Positions 18,380 through 27,056 of a stretch of 37,548 bases of DNA are shown here, in pieces. How positions within the stretch are numbered: position 1 is the stretch's first letter; every line of letters begins with the position of its first letter. The notes beneath the pieces were generated by a model, which was not told the DNA's origin, did no database searches, and saw only the letters and a program-made list of their open reading frames with translations. The translations under genes and the position numbers were made by a program. The DNA is from a virus (taxonomy: Duplodnaviria; Caudoviricetes), in IMG/VR virus record IMGVR_UViG_3300051213_000590, positions 1 to 37,548 of that record; one strand, written 5' to 3'.

Positions 18380-19545
18380 TGGCAAGCATAGTAACTTTTA
18401 AGCAAAACCCGCAGTTTTTGCAGCAAGTCGTATGCAATATATATGACAATACCACTAACGAATATGGGGATTGGGATTTACAGACAACACTTGAGATTGA
18501 CTTCGCTGAATATATAGCTGTATCAATTACCTCAGGGAATGTTTCAGTTAAACAAAAGTCAACGAACGAGTATCTGTTTTATGAACAACCTTGGGAATTT
18601 TACCGAGATGTATCATTCTTCGTTGGGTTTCCAACCTATGGTTCCCACTCAGCCACGATAACGGGATTGAATAACGCATTGGGAGGTAACAGTTCGTCTT
18701 CACAACCAACTCCAACCCCTGTCTTTGCATTCACGCAATTTGTGGCTAATGGAACTACAATTACACCGGATAATTCATCTGACATACTGACTTTAACGCC
18801 AAGCAGCGGTATATCTATTACAGGAAACGCTAACACAGATACTATAACCTTTGAAAACACGGGTATCCTCGGGCTCTCCACAACACTTCCTATCACACGT
18901 AGTTTAGGTTCTTCTCCTACGATCGGCATTGAAGACGCAACCACGTCTTCATCTGGAGCCATGAGCGCATCGGACAAGACAAAGCTAGACGGCATTACAG
19001 CAGGGGCTGCGGTAGCATCAGTGACGGGGACTGCGCCAATCGTTTCAAGTGGTGGAACTACTCCATCCATCAGCATTACAGAGGCCACTACGTCAGCCGC
19101 TGGCGCGATGAGCGCGGCCGACAAGACAAAGTTAGACGGAATTGCAGCTGGAGCTGAGGTGAACGTAAACGCGAATTGGGATGCGGTAATTGGGGATGCT
19201 GTAATTCTGAACAAGCCAACGATTCCTTCGCAATACTCAATTATTGCAACAAATGCAACGCTATCTTACACGCTAATTCTTACGGATGCCAACAAGTTTC
19301 ATTGGTGCAATTCATCGTCAAACTATACGATTACAATTCCTCTTGCAACATCGGTGGCGTTTGACCTTGGGACTGAAATTGCGTTTATGCAAGTCGGAAC
19401 GGGTAGTGTAACGATTCAGGGAGCCGCTGGCGTTACAGTCAGAACGAGCCAAACGGCCAAGACTGCAAAGCAATACGCAGTAATTGCCATCAAGAAGGTT
19501 GAAACAGATACTTGGGTTTGCGTTGGTGATAGACAAGCATTATGA
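18379..19545 (+). CDS. Tail fibre protein
   Basis: Two ATTS..GAMSA.DKTKLDGI repeats; C-terminal YTL.LTDA...GTEI...Q.GTGSVTI...WV.VGD domain. Confidence 0.75.
   Translation: MASIVTFKQNPQFLQQVVCNIYDNTTNEYGDWDLQTTLEIDFAEYIAVSITSGNVSVKQKSTNEYLFYEQPWEFYRDVSFFVGFPTYGSHSATITGLNNALGGNSSSSQPTPTPVFAFTQFVANGTTITPDNSSDILTLTPSSGISITGNANTDTITFENTGILGLSTTLPITRSLGSSPTIGIEDATTSSSGAMSASDKTKLDGITAGAAVASVTGTAPIVSSGGTTPSISITEATTSAAGAMSAADKTKLDGIAAGAEVNVNANWDAVIGDAVILNKPTIPSQYSIIATNATLSYTLILTDANKFHWCNSSSNYTITIPLATSVAFDLGTEIAFMQVGTGSVTIQGAAGVTVRTSQTAKTAKQYAVIAIKKVETDTWVCVGDRQAL
18890..19157 (+). repeat. Two imperfect ~150-nt intragenic repeats (DKTKLDGI units)
   Basis: gacaagacaaag(c/t)tagacgg occurs twice, about 147 nt apart. 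Confidence 0.75.
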
Positions 19546-20291
19546 ACTTTTTTAATATCATAGCTGCTTCTTTCAATGCGGCGCCATCCGCAGCATTCGT
19601 TACAACGAATTTGCAGGCATACTGGGACGCCAATGTTGGAAGCGGAAGCACGATTTGGAACGATATACACCAAACGTACAACGCGACGCCTTACACGTAT
19701 AACCTTGGACTAGCAAACGGCGCGGCATTCACGACGATTGGAGGCGTCAACGCGGTTTATTTCGACGGCGTGAACGACGTTGCAGGAGTTGGATTCCGCC
19801 CGCAACCCGTCGATGACCCGTTGATAGCGTCAAATTTACTGAATTACACAACCGAACTTTGGATTCGTTCAAACGGCGCTTGGTTGGGAACGGGCAACAT
19901 TTGGGCTGCGGCATACAACCAAGGAACGCGGATGCGTTGGAACGGTTCGGCAATGATTATCTACGCACCAAACACGGATACTTTTACAACTACATACGGC
20001 GGCACGGCGGTATGGACGACGAACACGTGGCATCACATGGTTGTAACGATGGAAAATTTGGGAACCAATGACCGAATTAGCGTATATCGTAACGGGGTTC
20101 TTGTCGGGCAAGACACAACGGGGAATTACGCGCCGACGCTTGCGTACAATGATTTCTATCTTGCAACGTGGAATGGATCTGGGGAGTTGCAGAGGATGTA
20201 CACTGGTCTCGTTCGTCGCTACAATAAGGCGCTAACTGCCGCTGAGGTAACTCAAAACTTCAACGCCGAGAAGGCACGATTTGGATACTGA
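19542..20291 (+). CDS. LamG/concanavalin A-like lectin-fold protein (candidate receptor binding)
   Basis: LQAYWDA..GSGSTIWND, FDGVND, NTWHHMVVT, YRNGVLV, YNKALTAAEVTQNFNA. Confidence 0.88.
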   Translation: MNFFNIIAASFNAAPSAAFVTTNLQAYWDANVGSGSTIWNDIHQTYNATPYTYNLGLANGAAFTTIGGVNAVYFDGVNDVAGVGFRPQPVDDPLIASNLLNYTTELWIRSNGAWLGTGNIWAAAYNQGTRMRWNGSAMIIYAPNTDTFTTTYGGTAVWTTNTWHHMVVTMENLGTNDRISVYRNGVLVGQDTTGNYAPTLAYNDFYLATWNGSGELQRMYTGLVRRYNKALTAAEVTQNFNAEKARFGY

Positions 20292-20581
20292 TGGCACGCA
20301 GATACCGACTCATTGCATCGCCTGATTTGTTGCAGGTGGACTACAATCAACTTGCAGACAATAACATCAACCACACCAGATACAGGCTGGATGGTCAGTG
20401 GGCCATCATAGAATACAAGCCAGACGTGGATATAGACCCATCCATAGAGATATGGGACAACGATCAAGCGTGTGCCTACCTAGAAGAGAATTTCGATGCG
20501 TGGAACGTAGATTCACTAACAGATGACACTGATTACAGCTATACTCCAGTTCCTGGGGCCGGGGATGCCGCCACCGTATAA
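20291..20581 (+). CDS. Hypothetical protein following the LamG gene
   Basis: TGATG-coupled to the LamG gene; acidic. Confidence 0.65.
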   Translation: MARRYRLIASPDLLQVDYNQLADNNINHTRYRLDGQWAIIEYKPDVDIDPSIEIWDNDQACAYLEENFDAWNVDSLTDDTDYSYTPVPGAGDAATV

Positions 20582-20654
20582 TCCCATGTGTGATTTGAAC
20601 AGGGATGGATTCATAACGGTCTCAGATTTGCTCATTTCATTATCTTTGCTCTGA
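20523..20654 (+). CDS. 43-aa microprotein with one dockerin/EF-hand-like motif
   Basis: Translated by hand: MTLITAILQFLGPGMPPPYNPMCDLNRDGFITVSDLLISLSLL. Below the ORF-track cutoff. Confidence 0.6.
   Translation: MTLITAILQFLGPGMPPPYNPMCDLNRDGFITVSDLLISLSLL
20641..20648 (+). promoter_or_regulatory. Bacteroidota-type -7 promoter box (TATCTTTG) before the lysis region
   Basis: Exact TAnnTTTG 7 nt before ATG 20656. Confidence 0.45.
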
Positions 20655-20655
20655 G

Positions 20656-20787
20656 ATGGCTAAGGTCAATATATATATCTACAAGGAGAAGAAGAAAGTC
20701 AAAAGGAAGGGAAGACACTCTAAAAAGAAGTCTAACGACAAGCTGTCTAAGAACTATAAAAAACCTTATAGGGGACAGGGACGATGA
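20656..20787 (+). CDS. 43-aa highly basic protein ending SKNYKKPYRGQGR
   Basis: Translated by hand: MAKVNIYIYKEKKKVKRKGRHSKKKSNDKLSKNYKKPYRGQGR. ATGA overlap with the next gene. Confidence 0.75.
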   Translation: MAKVNIYIYKEKKKVKRKGRHSKKKSNDKLSKNYKKPYRGQGR

Positions 20788-20999
20788 ACTACGAACTTGC
20801 TGCGATACTGCTTACAGCCGCAACTATGGCTGGCGGACTGATTCGAACATGGATCGTCACTCAGGAAGAGCTGACGAAGGTTAAGGGTCGCCTATTAGCC
20901 CTAGAGAAATCCGAAAACGAGGTCAAGCGTATCTTAGAGAAGTTAGAAGACACCATGATCAGGCTCGATCGCCTGCTCGTAAAACACGGAATCGAATGA
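20784..20999 (+). CDS. Holin-like membrane protein (N-terminal TM plus coiled coil)
   Basis: Hydrophobic N-terminus, heptad C-terminus; immediately upstream of the endolysin. Confidence 0.55.
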   Translation: MNYELAAILLTAATMAGGLIRTWIVTQEELTKVKGRLLALEKSENEVKRILEKLEDTMIRLDRLLVKHGIE

Positions 21000-21427
21000 G
21001 ACCAATTTCACACATCGTCATTCACTGCTCCGCAACTAAGGAGGGTGCAGATATCAAAGCCGCTGACGTCGACGCCTGGCACAAAGCCAAAGGGTGGGAC
21101 GGCATTGGCTACCACTTCTTCATCAAGCTTGACGGAACCATCGAGCTTGGACGCCCTATCCACAGAATCGGGTCTCATGTTGCTGGACATAACAAGAACT
21201 CTATTGGCATCTGCTATGCAGGAGGCTTGGAGGAGGATGGCAAGACTCCTAAAGACACCCGTACAGACAAGCAGAAGGCTTCTATGAAGAAACTCTGTGA
21301 AACCCTTCTCCGCAAGTTCCCCTCCGCCAAGGTAGTGGGCCATAACGACTTCGCAGGGGTCACCAAAGCCTGCCCTTCGTTCGACGTTCAGAAGTGGGCC
21401 AAAGAAACGAAGCTGGCTTCTAAATGA
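20996..21427 (+). CDS. Endolysin, N-acetylmuramoyl-L-alanine amidase (Amidase_2, T7 lysozyme-like)
   Basis: IVIHCSAT, GWDGIGYHF, GSHVAGHN.NSIGICYAGG, GHND...KACPSFDV. Confidence 0.95.
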   Translation: MRPISHIVIHCSATKEGADIKAADVDAWHKAKGWDGIGYHFFIKLDGTIELGRPIHRIGSHVAGHNKNSIGICYAGGLEEDGKTPKDTRTDKQKASMKKLCETLLRKFPSAKVVGHNDFAGVTKACPSFDVQKWAKETKLASK

Positions 21428-22242
21428 ATAAATTACTTGTAAGCGTTTCGGGTGGAAGGTCTTCAGCCATGATGGCAAGACACATCCAGCAAAGCGAGAA
21501 GTATAAGGATTTTGAAAAGCTCTACGTGTTTGCTAACACGGGAATGGAGCGTCCAGAAACCATCCAGTTCCTCAAAGACATGGAGGATCACTGGGGACTC
21601 GATCTGGTAAAGATTGAGGGCGTTTATTCGGAGGATATGGGAGTAGGCATCAAGTATAAGATTGTAGACTACGACACAATCGATATGAATGCCAAGGTAT
21701 TTGAGGAGTCTGTAAAGCACTATAATAAGGGTAGCTTTGACGGACTTCCTTATTCAAAGGCCCCATATTGCAGCCAGGCAATGAAGCAGCGCCCTATAGA
21801 CAAGCTGGCAAAAGATGTGTTTGGCACAACAAAATATATTACAGCTATTGGTTTCCGTAAAGAGGATATGCCAAAGCGTATAAACTGGATCGACATAAAG
21901 CACGACGAGAAGAGGATCTACCCTCTCCTCACAGACTATGACGAGCCAGTAGGAGTTACTGACCTAGGGAAGTTCTGGAACCAGCAGCCATTCAAGCTCA
22001 ATATCTCATCCCACTTAGGCAACTGTGAGCTGTGCTGGAAAAAGTCTGATAAGGTACTTGTCGAGGCCATCCAGAATGGCACTCGGTTTGTGGGGTGGTG
22101 GAAGCAGATGGAGGATCAGTATGGAAATACTGCATTCAGAAACAAAAACTCCATCATGGACTATGTGGCTATGTCCAAGTCGCCAGAAACCATGAAGATT
22201 AACTTTGAGGAGACAGATGACTACTGTCTTTGCACACTATAA
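21424..22242 (+). CDS. PAPS reductase-family (PP-loop) protein
   Basis: SVSGGRSS PP-loop, FANTGMERPET, YCSQAMK..PI, IGFR.E, GNCELCWKK. Confidence 0.85.
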   Translation: MNKLLVSVSGGRSSAMMARHIQQSEKYKDFEKLYVFANTGMERPETIQFLKDMEDHWGLDLVKIEGVYSEDMGVGIKYKIVDYDTIDMNAKVFEESVKHYNKGSFDGLPYSKAPYCSQAMKQRPIDKLAKDVFGTTKYITAIGFRKEDMPKRINWIDIKHDEKRIYPLLTDYDEPVGVTDLGKFWNQQPFKLNISSHLGNCELCWKKSDKVLVEAIQNGTRFVGWWKQMEDQYGNTAFRNKNSIMDYVAMSKSPETMKINFEETDDYCLCTL

Positions 22243-22253
22243 AAAACTAAACC

Positions 22254-22415
22254 ATGTGGCAATTTTTCGCAGAAAACTGGCAGACGCTGACCCTGGCGGT
22301 AATCACCTGTTTGGGCACGTTTACGGCGCTGACAGAAAGCACGGCAGACGACAAGATCGTCGACGTGATCAAGAGGATCCTCAACGCGATCATCTTGGGC
22401 AAGCCGACAAAGTGA
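22254..22415 (+). CDS. Small membrane protein (holin-like)
   Basis: Translated by hand: MWQFFAENWQTLTLAVITCLGTFTALTESTADDKIVDVIKRILNAIILGKPTK; A-rich start context. Confidence 0.7.
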   Translation: MWQFFAENWQTLTLAVITCLGTFTALTESTADDKIVDVIKRILNAIILGKPTK

Positions 22416-22642
22416 AGCCGCTTGACATTGCGGCTCTTTTAGGCAAGCTAGACCTTACCGAAGTCTTTAAGACCAAAGGCGACCTCAAACGGTGGTCAGC
22501 CAAAAGGACGATAGGGGGGCTTATAGCTGTTACCGCTTGCAACGATATCGTCTTCAACGGAATCACGTGGCCAGCTGTCGCGCTGTGCCTCGTGGCCATA
22601 ACCCCCCTTTGCCTATCGTTTATGGAGCAAGAGCGTGAGTGA
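22412..22642 (+). CDS. Small two-TM membrane protein (holin-like)
   Basis: GTG start overlapping the previous TGA; KRWSAKRTIGGLI followed by hydrophobic segments. This is the 3' part of track ORF 22205-22642. Confidence 0.65.
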   Translation: MKPLDIAALLGKLDLTEVFKTKGDLKRWSAKRTIGGLIAVTACNDIVFNGITWPAVALCLVAITPLCLSFMEQERE

Positions 22643-23738
22643 TCCTCGCGATTTGGCCCCTTTGGGGGTGGTGTACAAAGGCTTCCATAGTCCTTGGGGC
22701 GTGTTGAAATCCCATTTTGTGATGCCAAGAGTCAGCGGGCGATAAAGACCGCATAGACTCTACGCATACACTCATATAGTCCTTCGCTACCTTGTGGTGG
22801 ACGTGATGGGTGTAGATATACTTGTGCTGGCAAGCCGACCACGCATCGGGAGCTTCGTGGGCCATCAAGAGCGGCAGGTTGGCCGTTCTAGCCCCGTCTC
22901 CGTGCGTGAATCCAATCAAGTTAGTGTCGAAGTTGATGTACTTCCTGTGCGAAGGCGACACATCGCACGTAAAAGTGTCTACCTTATGGAACCACGAAGA
23001 CACGACGTCGGCAAGGAAATATCCCGACATATAATCGTGATTTGAGGGGCAGTAGACGAAGTGAACGGGGGCGAGTGATAGTAGGTGCTCAACCATGCCG
23101 ATATATAGGCTCTTTGCGGCCTCAAATGCCTCGAACCACATACCGTCTGTATCCTGGGGGACGCCCTTTGTAGTAGTCCTCCTCGTGTTGTCGGTGTGGA
23201 GGATGTCATTACCACCCACAAACACGATCTTAGAGATGGGATATACCGAAGCCGCTGAGGTGAGCTGGTAGATACATTCTATGCAGGCGTCTACGGCTTC
23301 TATGATGTTGTAGGAAGAACCGCCTGTCTCCGTAGTAGAAACGTACTTTCCAATATGCACATCGGCGGGGTTGATGATTAGGAGGCAGCCCTCCTCGCCG
23401 TAGTCTATAGGCTCAGGGAACTTGTAGTCGTAGGAGTAGTTCTTTACGTCATCAACGATCCGCTTGGCAACCTCTTCCATAGACACCTTATTCGTGGCGA
23501 ATATGGAATAGGACTTGCCCTTATGCCAATAGTAGGAGATATTCTCTACTGGGATGCCCTGCTCATCGGCGTACTTCTCGAGGTTGGAGTCGATGTTTCT
23601 GGATAGCTTCCTGCGGAGAGCGTCGTTATACTCTATATTGTACTCCTCCGAGATTATCTTGGCGACCTTTGCCTTCGCCATACCCATTCTGTAAAGCTCT
23701 ATAGCCCTACGTATGTACTCGTTAGTCCGTCCTCTCAT
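22620..23738 (-). CDS. Calcineurin-like metallophosphoesterase with N-terminal HTH-like region
   Basis: ADVHIGK, GNDILHTD, SNHD, FTHGD, HHVHH motifs. Confidence 0.88.
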   Translation of the reverse strand: MRGRTNEYIRRAIELYRMGMAKAKVAKIISEEYNIEYNDALRRKLSRNIDSNLEKYADEQGIPVENISYYWHKGKSYSIFATNKVSMEEVAKRIVDDVKNYSYDYKFPEPIDYGEEGCLLIINPADVHIGKYVSTTETGGSSYNIIEAVDACIECIYQLTSAASVYPISKIVFVGGNDILHTDNTRRTTTKGVPQDTDGMWFEAFEAAKSLYIGMVEHLLSLAPVHFVYCPSNHDYMSGYFLADVVSSWFHKVDTFTCDVSPSHRKYINFDTNLIGFTHGDGARTANLPLLMAHEAPDAWSACQHKYIYTHHVHHKVAKDYMSVCVESMRSLSPADSWHHKMGFQHAPRTMEAFVHHPQRGQIARITHALAP

Positions 23739-24270
23739 GGATGTTGTATTTGTCTAGGATGTCTAAAACGCTGACTTTGGAGTTATAGTCGTGGATGACA
23801 TTGGCTAAACAATACATAGGCGGAGCAACAGAGGGGGTGAGCTTGTAGTTCGAAAGCCCATTGATGTCTCTCATCTTGTGGGGGATGTTCCTCGATGCCT
23901 TGTAGAGCATGGCGTCCTCTAACGCGGAAGGGTACGAGCCCCTATCGATAAAGAATGAATTCATACCATAATAAGTCTCCGCGATGTGCCTATAACACTC
24001 CATCATGTCGTAAATATCGGAATCTAAGGACGTTTCCCAAACAGAAACCACCGTCTTTCCCATATTCCGAGCCTCGAAGTAGTGTGTGGCGTCAGAAATC
24101 AGCTTCATAGGAAGGTAGCAATACCGGCGTAGAAACATCGCCATCGCCGTCCTGTACTTCGACTTGCGAGGACTAAAAGACTCATCCTCGTTGCACATAT
24201 CTTTTACCAGCTCGTATACGGCATCTACTTCTAGTGGCTTAAATGCCTGTATCTTATCTAAGTGATTCAT
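23722..24270 (-). CDS. Hypothetical protein, possible DnaA domain IV-like HTH
   Basis: RKSKYRTAMAMFLRRYCYLPMKLISD weakly resembles the DnaA C-terminal helices. Confidence 0.5.
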   Translation of the reverse strand: MNHLDKIQAFKPLEVDAVYELVKDMCNEDESFSPRKSKYRTAMAMFLRRYCYLPMKLISDATHYFEARNMGKTVVSVWETSLDSDIYDMMECYRHIAETYYGMNSFFIDRGSYPSALEDAMLYKASRNIPHKMRDINGLSNYKLTPSVAPPMYCLANVIHDYNSKVSVLDILDKYNIHERTD

Positions 24271-25706
24271 TTACTTGTTCCTGTGATAAAGAAAAACATC
24301 TCGGTATAGGCTTCTTTGTCTACTACCTTAAACAGGTAGGTGTGCTTCCTTTTGCCGGCCGGGTCTTTTGGGATGCCGTGGCTCTCACACTTACCCTTAA
24401 ACGTCCTCATAGAACCCGTCTGGTTGCCGTTCTTTACGCAGAACTGAGCATAGCCAGAATATAGGCGCTCTTGGTGGATCCACTCGCAGTCGGAGTCGTT
24501 CCTGTTGCCTACCTCGAGACCTGCGGCCCCCAAGAAAGAGAGGAACACATCCCCATCATGCCGGAAGTCGTCCAAGATGGTTGCCAGCTTAGATGGCCTT
24601 ACCATCTTTCCGTACGTGTTCTGCATGGTCACAAAGCAGCGGATCATATCGAAAAGCATCTCCTTCTGCTCTATGGGGTTCATAAGCTTCTCGCTGATGA
24701 AGGGGTCGCGCTCGCTCTCGGGGATGGCGTTCAGGAATTGTATGATGTCGATCCTCCTCGAGATACCGCTATCGCCCAAGGCGTGGGTAAAGCCGAACTC
24801 GTTCGAAGCGACGATCAGGGAGGCCCTCGGGACGAAATACTCGACCTCTTTGTACAGCCTGCGCCCGGAGATCTCTTCTTTCGAGACGATCTGCTTCAGC
24901 ACGTCCTTGTTGCCTAGGTTCCCCGAGGCGTCACCGCAGATACACAGTATGTGATTGGCAAGGTCGATCCTATAGCGTGACTCGTCCTTCGTAAGGTTGG
25001 ACAGGTCGTCTACACGGCATACGTTGCGCTTACCCACCACGTTCACCACGGCATCGATCAGCGTGCTCTTTCCGCTCGCTGCCACACCCATCAAGATGAG
25101 CATCCTTTGGCTTTGGAGAGGATCTCCAGCCAGAGAGTTCGCAAGCGAAGCCAAGGCGTAGTTACGCATCACCTCGTCCGGGATGGCCTTTTCGATAAAG
25201 TTCTTCCATACCGTGCCCTCTTCCCGCTCTCCCATATACTTGAAGGGAAGGCAGTAGGTGAAGACGTTGGTAGGGTCGTGAAACTCCATAAACACCATAG
25301 AATCTCTGTTAATCATCAGAGACCCGTCTATGAAGTTGAGTCCTCGGGGGTTCGTGTTGACGTTCGTGCCCCATCGGTCAGAGCAGACCGAAAGGCACTT
25401 CTCTACAGCACGTACGAAGTCCCCGTCTATGGAAAGGGAGATAGGGCATCCTAAGCGATCGAGAGAAGCCTCTATAAGGTCGTAGATGCGCCCAGGTTCA
25501 TAGAAACACCCATTCCATATATGCACAACCTGGCCTATGATAAGTATAGGCATGGCGCAGTCGTTCGCACTGTAGTTGATGAGGGAGGCCACAGCAGAAG
25601 GCATAGCCTTCGCTCCGACCTTCCCCTCTCCAACCAAAGTGACAATCGTTTTGCCGTCTAGTTTAGTTATCTTTTCTAGGATCGAGTTCACGAATCTTGA
25701 GCTCAA
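24267..25706 (-). CDS. D5/P4-alpha-like SF3 helicase lacking an N-terminal primase domain
   Basis: D5_N-like LNFIDG...HDP...T, Walker A GVAASGKST, LKQIVS.E.ISGRRLYK, IVASN, GISRR, C-terminal winged helix LY..Y..FC..NG. Confidence 0.88.
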   Translation of the reverse strand: MSSRFVNSILEKITKLDGKTIVTLVGEGKVGAKAMPSAVASLINYSANDCAMPILIIGQVVHIWNGCFYEPGRIYDLIEASLDRLGCPISLSIDGDFVRAVEKCLSVCSDRWGTNVNTNPRGLNFIDGSLMINRDSMVFMEFHDPTNVFTYCLPFKYMGEREEGTVWKNFIEKAIPDEVMRNYALASLANSLAGDPLQSQRMLILMGVAASGKSTLIDAVVNVVGKRNVCRVDDLSNLTKDESRYRIDLANHILCICGDASGNLGNKDVLKQIVSKEEISGRRLYKEVEYFVPRASLIVASNEFGFTHALGDSGISRRIDIIQFLNAIPESERDPFISEKLMNPIEQKEMLFDMIRCFVTMQNTYGKMVRPSKLATILDDFRHDGDVFLSFLGAAGLEVGNRNDSDCEWIHQERLYSGYAQFCVKNGNQTGSMRTFKGKCESHGIPKDPAGKRKHTYLFKVVDKEAYTEMFFFITGTSK

Positions 25707-25896
25707 CAGTTTCCAACCTCTCGACCAAAGAGGCCACGGTGACCTCTAACTCGTCCTCTTTTGCGGCCTTTTTGATATAGGTCAGGTACTCGTGAATCAG
25801 GCCAAGCACAGCCCCTACAGCCACAAACCCATCCTCGTCATGCGGGAGGTCTTGAACGTCCAGCAGAAGGGTCTCTAAAGCCGCTTCAGCAGTCAT
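25663..25896 (-). CDS. Hypothetical protein
   Basis: Packed ORF in the minus-strand operon. Confidence 0.6.
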   Translation of the reverse strand: MTAEAALETLLLDVQDLPHDEDGFVAVGAVLGLIHEYLTYIKKAAKEDELEVTVASLVERLETVELKIRELDPRKDN

Positions 25897-25897
25897 C

Positions 25898-26203
25898 TCA
25901 GAAGGGGAGGTCGTTTACCTGCTTACCAGACATATCGGTAGTGAATGTCTTGGGCTGTTGAGGGCCTTCCTCGCGTGCAGCCATGCGCTTGCCGTTACCT
26001 ACCACCGGCGTCTTCGGCCAGTCGTTGGTTTCTTTGGCTTTGGCGCGGCTGTTCTTGTCGAGAGACTGACAGACCATAAAATCATGCCCATAGGGGCTGT
26101 CCGGGGTGTCGACAATCTTAAAGTCGGCATAACGGCGGCCATCTTTCCCGATGGTCACAAACTTCTCGTCGATTTTCGACAGGTCAATAGAGAAAACAAT
26201 CAT
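25898..26203 (-). CDS. Putative single-stranded DNA-binding protein
   Basis: IDLSKI...GK.G.RY, D.YG, P..GNGK and a C-terminal DLPF tail; next to the helicase. Confidence 0.7.
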   Translation of the reverse strand: MIVFSIDLSKIDEKFVTIGKDGRRYADFKIVDTPDSPYGHDFMVCQSLDKNSRAKAKETNDWPKTPVVGNGKRMAAREEGPQQPKTFTTDMSGKQVNDLPF

Positions 26204-26463
26204 TGTGAAATGTTACGGATGTGTTTAATCAGTTCTTTCTGGGTGGGGTTGCGCCATTCTGCTGGCGACATAGCACTGAGCTTGAGCTTGGGGATCATAC
26301 CCTCCAGCTGTTCTTTGGAGAGTTCTCCCGACCAAACCAGCTCTGAGAGTTCGTCTTTCCTATCTTGAGGATAGTTGGTTGTGCTAACAAGGTATGAAAC
26401 GTATGGCCTTATGTCCTCTTCTTGGAAGAGATCATCGATCCAGTCGTCCGCTTCTGATTGCAT
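26200..26463 (-). CDS. Hypothetical protein
   Basis: ORF with ATGA overlap to the SSB gene. Confidence 0.6.
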   Translation of the reverse strand: MQSEADDWIDDLFQEEDIRPYVSYLVSTTNYPQDRKDELSELVWSGELSKEQLEGMIPKLKLSAMSPAEWRNPTQKELIKHIRNISQ

Positions 26464-26563
26464 AGAACACGGAGAAGATAAGGGCCGAGATAAAGGTAGA
26501 GAGCACTACGATAACGGTGCTGTACCACAACAACAGAGCGGCGGACTTCAATACTTCAAGCAT
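26432..26563 (-). CDS. 43-aa membrane microprotein
   Basis: Translated by hand: MLEVLKSAALLLWYSTVIVVLSTFISALIFSVFYAIRSGRLDR; fills the operon gap. Confidence 0.5.
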   Translation of the reverse strand: MLEVLKSAALLLWYSTVIVVLSTFISALIFSVFYAIRSGRLDR

Positions 26564-26771
26564 TACAAACGGTTTTAAGGGTTTTCATAATTTCTTCCTC
26601 GGTAAAATCTAAAGCTTGGGCCATAGACAAAAAGTTGTAGATCAGGTCTTCCACGTCATGTTCTCCATCGATAGAAACGGTCATGGAGTCTCTGTTGCGG
26701 CAGATTTTGATCTCAAGAGTGGGCCGGGAGGGACTCAAACCCTCATGGTTCAATTTAGAAGATTGATGCAT
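26556..26771 (-). CDS. Hypothetical protein
   Basis: Packed ORF. Confidence 0.55.
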   Translation of the reverse strand: MHQSSKLNHEGLSPSRPTLEIKICRNRDSMTVSIDGEHDVEDLIYNFLSMAQALDFTEEEIMKTLKTVCNA

Positions 26772-26825
26772 TGTTCAGTTATGCTACCAGCCCTTTGGGG
26801 CGAAGTTAAACAAGTTTGGATTGGT

Positions 26826-27056
26826 TCAGTCTTTTTTCGACGTAATTTCTTCGGTCAGGAAATCCATTATTTCCCTAGAAGCGAGTGCTATAGGAGAAAT
26901 ATCGATTTTGTGTCTGGCGTCCCAGAGGAACACGGCGATGATATTAAAGTATACCTCGTCCGCACCTGGCCCGCTGTCGTCAAGCCAGTATTCATAGTCG
27001 ACATAGAACTCTATGTCCTCCCAGTCGGGGATCTTAATGATGTCGTAGTCTAGCAT
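26826..27056 (-). CDS. Hypothetical acidic protein
   Basis: Overlaps the end of the MTase gene; acidic. Confidence 0.6.
   Translation of the reverse strand: MLDYDIIKIPDWEDIEFYVDYEYWLDDSGPGADEVYFNIIAVFLWDARHKIDISPIALASREIMDFLTEEITSKKD

Noticed and set aside
19542-20291. Possible diversity-generating retroelement target (AAC-rich lectin gene)
   Set aside because: No reverse transcriptase and no template-repeat copy found by eye; the fold is LamG, not the usual C-type lectin.
22205-22411. N-terminal half of track ORF 22205-22642
   Set aside because: Better explained by a separate membrane-protein ORF at 22254-22415 and a GTG start at 22412.
22620-22700. Bidirectional terminator where the two gene blocks converge
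   Set aside because: The genes overlap by 23 bp and no convincing hairpin with a U-tract is present.
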